This document shows positions 58,362 through 64,000 of a stretch of DNA of 64,000 nt, one piece after another (the stretch's first letter is position 1; each line of letters starts with the position of its first letter). The position numbers and the translations under genes were made by a program. Location: assembly GCF_009914755.1 (NCBI RefSeq), contig NC_060927.1, one strand, 5' to 3'. This DNA comes from the human T2T-CHM13v2.0 reference genome, Homo sapiens. The notes under the pieces were generated by a model. That model did no database searches. It was not told where the DNA came from and saw nothing but the letters and a program-made list of their open reading frames with translations.

Positions 58362-59397
58362 ATATAGTATATAGTATATATACAGTATATATATAGCATA
58401 TATATATACTGTATATAGTATATATAGTATATATAGGTATATATAGTATATAGTATATATACAGTAGATAGTATATACTATATAGTACATATACACTATA
58501 TAGTAGATAGTAATATAGTAGATAGTATATACTATATAGTATATAGACACTATATAGTAGATAGTATATATAGTAGATAGTATATACTATATAGTATATA
58601 GACACTATATAGTAGATAGTATATATACTATATACATATATACATACATATAGTGTGTATATAGTATATATACTATATACATATATACATACATATAGTG
58701 TATAGTATATGTACTATATACATATATAATATATAGTATATTATATACGTATATAATATATAGTATAAATAGTATATAGTATATATACAGTATTCCATCT
58801 ATGCTGTATATACACATATGGTATATATGTGTGTATACACACGTGTAGTACTATATACTATAGTATATACTATATATACTATATACATATATAGTATATA
58901 TACTATAAATAGTATAGTATACTATGTGTATATACTATATGTACATATATGTACACTATATACTATACATATACTATATAGAGTATACTATATACAGTAT
59001 ATATACATATATACAGAACACTGTATACTGTATATACATATATAGTATGTATGTATACTGTATATACAGTATATATAGTATACTGTTTATACTGTATATA
59101 TACTATACATACACACATGTATACACACACATATACTATATATGTACATACAGCAGATAGAATACTCTATATATACTATATACTGTATATACACATATAT
59201 GACACTATATATACTATACTAGTATATACAGTATATATATACTATACTAGTATATACAGTATATATATATACTAGTATTATATATACTATACTATTATAG
59301 TATACTATATATAGTGTCATACATGTGTATATACAGTATATAGTATATGTTTATATACTGTATGTGTATACATACATAGTATATATACACATATATA
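58362..59397. repeat. ~1-kb TA-rich low-complexity / VNTR tract
   Basis: Almost entirely TA, TATAG, TATAC and TACA units; includes ~3 copies of a 54-55 bp unit (cactatatagtagatag at 58494, 58548, 58603). Confidence 0.95.
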
Positions 59398-59429
59398 GTC
59401 GGAGGAAAGAAACAGTGGTGGTTATTAGT

Positions 59430-59625
59430 GGGGGTTCTTGTAACCAACCTGACTGAGCTGCAGTCCTATTCGATAATTGTAAGCCAAGCCACTTAACTTT
59501 ATTAGCCTCAGTTTCCTCATCAGTGAAGATACTAATAGTAATTACTTCCTTTATAAGATTTCTACAAGTATTCAATAGGAAACTATAATGAAAACACTTA
59601 GCATAAACTTGGTATTCTGTAAGTG
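59430..59625 (+). mobile_element. MIR
   Basis: aagccacttaactttattagcctcagtttcctcatcagtgaagat. Confidence 0.7.
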
Positions 59626-60729
59626 CTAGATTCTTGTTTTAATATGTGCACAATATCTTTCAGGCTAGTCTCTCTATACTTTAATGAACACGATCTATCA
59701 ACATAGTAACAAAATCTCAATTCTAGACTAAAAACACTGATATAAGTAAGGGGGAAGAGAGACAAAAACATAACATTCACATATAATCCCCTTTCTCCCA
59801 AACTATAATTGTTTGATTATTTTTTATTTTTTGGTATAGGTTGATTTTCCTTTTATAGAAAATATCAAATTTACAGAACAGTGCAAGAATAAGAATAGTA
59901 CAAATAACACCATACACACTTTACTCAGGCTTGCTGGTTACTAACGTTTTAACCTACCAGCTTGTCATTTGTCCTCTCTCTCCCTCCTCCCACACATAAT
60001 ATATTTGTAACCATTTTTAATGTTTTGTAGCCATTTGAGCATAAGTTGCATCATTCACCATGGCCATTTACCCCTAAATACATTAGCATGTATTTCCTAA
60101 AAATAATGATGTGTTATTGGTTAATTTTAAATGCAATAAAAAAATATGTCATTGATCATTTTAAAAGTCTACTTTATTCATATTGTAGTGAAAATAACAC
60201 AATTGACGTTTTCTTGTTTAAATTTTGGGCAGCTCATTCCCCAACACAAACTAGGTAGGGCAATCAGAACACAATTGGTGAAATTTCCTTACTTGGACCA
60301 CAGAAGAAATACACACAATCCACTATAGAAGCCAGAAATTTTACTTACGTTTATTGAACACATTTGATACAAGGAAATTTTTTAAAATATATTATTTCTC
60401 ATTCTCTTGACTCAAATGATTCTTGGGAAACTAAAATATCCTTTCCTCAAAATAAATAATACATGGTAAGGATACTGTGAAAACTTTCATGTGCCTTCAT
60501 AAATCGTCATGGAAATTGCTTTATAATTGCAACAAATCTTGATGGAAAATGTCAGCTAAAATTATAAAGCAATTAAATAAATTAACATGACTGCCAAATA
60601 GATATATTAGTATCCTACACTCAGCCAAATACTAATCCATATGTTATTAGGAGGAGACTCTTTTTTAAAATTTAATATGTTAATTTTTAAAAATGGTCTT
60701 TAAGGTGATTGCAGGCAGAAAAATAAACC

Positions 60730-60985
60730 AAGAGCTTGGACTGTGGAGGTGGTTAGAACTAGGTTTGAATCTGAGTTCCATCATTATTTAACTGTGCCTC
60801 CCTGGAGATGCCACTACCTAAGCTCTCCACACCTCAAATGCTGCACTCATACTACAGAATACAGAATACAGGACTGATAACACTATGCCCTACAGGGTTC
60901 AGAGATGGCTAACACAGCTTGTAAATCACTTAGCACAGTGCCTGGTGCATACAGTAAGTGCTCAATTAATGACAGATGTTATTAT
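60730..60985 (+). mobile_element. MIR
   Basis: ctaggtttgaatctgagttcca...gtaaatcacttagcacagtgcctggtgcatacagtaagtgctcaat. Confidence 0.7.
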
Positions 60986-61964
60986 TAAGTGGTGAGGTCT
61001 GATCTAACATGTTTTCACAAGAAGATTATAAATTACCACAACTCTAATTAAATTTAATCTAAAACTCCCATGGCTTTCCCTTTTCTACATCCCTGAGAAC
61101 CTTACAATAAAGAACACCAGCCAAACCATGTTTATTTGAATCTATTAACAGACACATATAAATCAAGTCCAGTGTTATGAGCTTTTACGTTTGTAATTTT
61201 TTTCCCATTTTTTCTCCAATAGGACTCTATCCACTCAGCAACTATACAATGGCAATTAGGGTTAACAACGTATAATAAGAAATACAAAGAAACAGAACAT
61301 TGGGGAATTAGCTGATGCTGGGAAAAGGCAAAAAATGTGCTGTTTCAAGCATGCCTATTATTGGCTAAATCATCCAATTATTAATCTTCACTATATTCTT
61401 GCCTGGCATCTAGTGTTGGGTTGTTACTCAACAAATGCCGGAAAGTCAGTTTTTTAAAACTTAGCTTGTTTAAAGAAAAAAAAGAATCTTCATATAAATA
61501 AGGCCTCAAAGCCTAAAGAGAAACTGAAAAGAGTGTTTGGGAAGTCATGCTAGAAAGGGAAGGGAAAGGGGTAAGGAAGAAGGATCAGTCTTAACAGAGG
61601 GCCTACAAAGTATCAAGCTCATGGCTGGGTGCGTCCATACTTCTTCTAAACATCAGTAAAGATAATGAGGAAACTGAGTCACAGGAAGCATGAGTAACCT
61701 GCCCAAGCCAACAAAACTGGTAAGTGGTAGAACCTGCCAGCCTCTCAGGTCCACCACACCTGAAAGCCCATCACATCTGAATGTTCTAGACTCAACAAGA
61801 CAAGCGCTAATGACACACAGGGGCAGGGCATGAGTCCAAGTGTACTATGCTGAATGGGCCCTGAAAGGTGGCCTGAAGGTGCTGGAAGGGCCTTTCCAGT
61901 GGTTCTCTTTTCCATTACATACGCCATTGTGCTAAAGTAAACTAATAGTACAAATGGCTGTAAA

Positions 61965-62380
61965 ATGCAGTGGTTTAAGATAATAACTTTGGGGTCTATC
62001 AGACTGAAATCAAACTCAGCTCTGTAAGTGTATGCACTTGAGCCTCTATAAATCTAATTTTCTTCATTGGAAAATGGATATAATAATAGCTTATACTTCA
62101 AAAGATTAAGAGGATAAAAGGAAATAATGTAAGTAATGTGTTTAACAGAGTTCCTGACACATTGGGCATACTCAATAAACACAACTTGGTTTTTTTAAAA
62201 AAAGGTATCAATTTTTAAATTAGAAAGCATGGTATCAGATAAGTTACTCAGCCTCTCTGCTCCCCCTTTACCTCATATGTAATGACAGTAATAACTACCA
62301 CTAGCATCATGGTACAACTAACCAAACAATATTTGTAAAGTACGTAGGCTCTTTACTGACAAAGAGTGATGAATGCCAGC
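61965..62380 (+). mobile_element. Two MIR fragments
   Basis: cagtggtttaaga...ttgagcctc...tttcttcattggaaaatgg; aagttactcagcctctctg...cctcatatgtaatg. Confidence 0.55.
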
Positions 62381-62505
62381 TGCCCTGTCTAGTGCAGAAT
62401 TTAGAATTTCAGAGCCGATCTAAAAGCTTTAAAAAAAATGGCTCTAGATAAGCTGTAAGGAGAAGGACTGATAAAATACATAAGATCAAAAACAGAAATA
62501 AAAAA

Positions 62506-62695
62506 GACCCAGGCATGGTGGCATGTGTCTGTAGTCCCAGCTACTCTGGAGGCTGAGGTGGGAGGATCACTTGAGCCCAGGAGTTGGATGCTGCACTGAG
62601 CTATGATCATGCCACTGTACCCCAGCCTGGGAGACAGAGTGAGACTGTGTCTCCAAAAAAAAAAAAAGAAAGAAAGAAAGAAGGAAAGAGAAAAA
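62506..62695 (+). mobile_element. Alu right monomer (FRAM-like) with an A/(GAAA)n tail
   Basis: ccaggcatggtggcatgtgtctgtagtcccagctac...gagactgtgtctc followed by the tail. Confidence 0.88.
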
Positions 62696-63109
62696 CCAAG
62701 CAAGAAAAAGGTAAGTAAGGTGGAGTATCAATAGAAGTAACTGACATGGACTAGCATAAACAAAGCCTTGTAATAAATGGCATAATCCACCCATCACAAT
62801 GTCAGTTTTATTGCTGACAAAAGCTACAATGGAGAAAATGGCTTTAGATCTTTGTTAACAAGGGGACTGTTAATAAATCACCCCCAAAATTACACTTACC
62901 AAACCCATTCCCCAGCAAATCTCAAAACCACTGTCTTCCCCGTGAGACCCACCCAAAGATTTCCAGCAGGGATGGACAGTGAATGCACGCTTCCCTGGGA
63001 TCAGACAGAGTCCCCAAGAGAAGAGGAATTGTCACGGTCAGGAATGTCCAGGTCCTTCTCATAAACTCACTAACAGGAAAACTCACTTCTCCCCTAGCAA
63101 GAGGTAAAT

Positions 63110-63600
63110 ATAGATTCCACACTTCAATGCTCCTGAAGGGGCACTGTAGAAATGCAAAGTGGTTTTCTGCTGAGTTGTCACAAATATGGGGGATGCTGCT
63201 GGCATTTATGAGGAGGGTTCCAGGGATGCTCCAAGTTCCTCAATGAATAAAACTCCAGAATAACAAAGAACCTTCCCGCTTCCCTCACCACCTTCCAGTG
63301 CTCCATCGGAGAGTCCCATGGATAAAAATGTGTTTACACTTATCTGAGCCCATACTCTAAGCTCCAAATCACATCTAAACAAAAAGTATTGTTATCTAAT
63401 CCCATGATTTTTTAATTTGGCACAAAACTCCTTGCCTGGACTATTACCTTACTTCGCGAAACATAAATCATAGCTCACCTTATACATGGTGAAATAGGAA
63501 ACCACGTACAAGCAGTGCAGTGATATCCTTGACACAGTAACGCCCTTGACATGGGCAATCTTGTGTTTAAAGTGATTTCTATGTACACAGTTTGTGCTAA
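63110..63600. mobile_element. MER20B-like hAT-Charlie element
   Basis: tgctgctggcattt...ccagggatgct...aacaaagaa...ttatctgagcc...aaacaaaaagtatt. Confidence 0.5.
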
Positions 63601-64000
63601 ACATTATGAGGAGTACAAAAACAAATCAAAAGCCTAAGAATTCGTTGCTAGCCATGAAAGTCCTCTGTTGGAACATCCTCTTACACAGGATAATTTGGAC
63701 AGAACCACATTTAAAGTCACAAATATATGATGGACAAGGGAACCTCATACCACAATAAGAAACATTCACTTCTTTGTTCTAATGCTTGTCTTCTTAAAGG
63801 AAGCCCACTAGCAAACCGATGCATAGCAAATACGTTTCAATGGAGAAGGACAGGTGTAAGCAGGCAAGGGGTGGGTCAGTAGGTGGGAGGAGTCCCCGTA
63901 TCACAGACAAGCCAAGGGCACATGGGAAAATACAGTCATGATGGGTAGAAGAGAAGGGGAGAAAAAGAGTAGAAAGCTGATCAAGATAAATGTTGTTTAC

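Noticed and set aside
58463-58622. Regularly spaced repeats resembling a CRISPR array
   Set aside because: No unique spacers, low complexity and a eukaryotic context; it is a VNTR.
58311-59275. Tyr/Ile-rich ORFs
   Set aside because: Artefacts of the TA-rich repeat.

Overview
Primate (human-like) non-coding genomic DNA. About 20 Alu copies or fragments sit among old L1M, L2, MIR, CR1/L3, MaLR LTR and hAT/Tigger DNA-transposon fossils. No convincing protein-coding ORF, structural RNA gene or CRISPR array was seen; most ORF-track entries are Alu, L1 or low-complexity artefacts. The one clearly functional-looking locus is a CpG island at ~44.65-46.03 kb inside a ~5.6 kb repeat-poor zone. It carries a perfect minus-strand TATA box, GC boxes and G-quadruplex motifs. 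Old L1s point mostly to the + strand on both sides of the island, which suggests the window is intronic to a minus-strand gene and that the island is an internal alternative promoter. I could not name the gene. Best leads: a candidate first exon that may encode a 23-aa N-terminus (MGLLKGMLEEVWRALCIASSALQ); a candidate 38-nt/12-nt minus-strand exon at 366-403; a ~300-bp tandem duplication in which an Alu stub replaces host sequence; a ~1-kb quasi-palindromic TA-rich VNTR; and closely spaced inverted Alus. Repeat family names are recognised by eye from consensus sequences and old-repeat boundaries are approximate. I found no evidence of a wholly new biological system.
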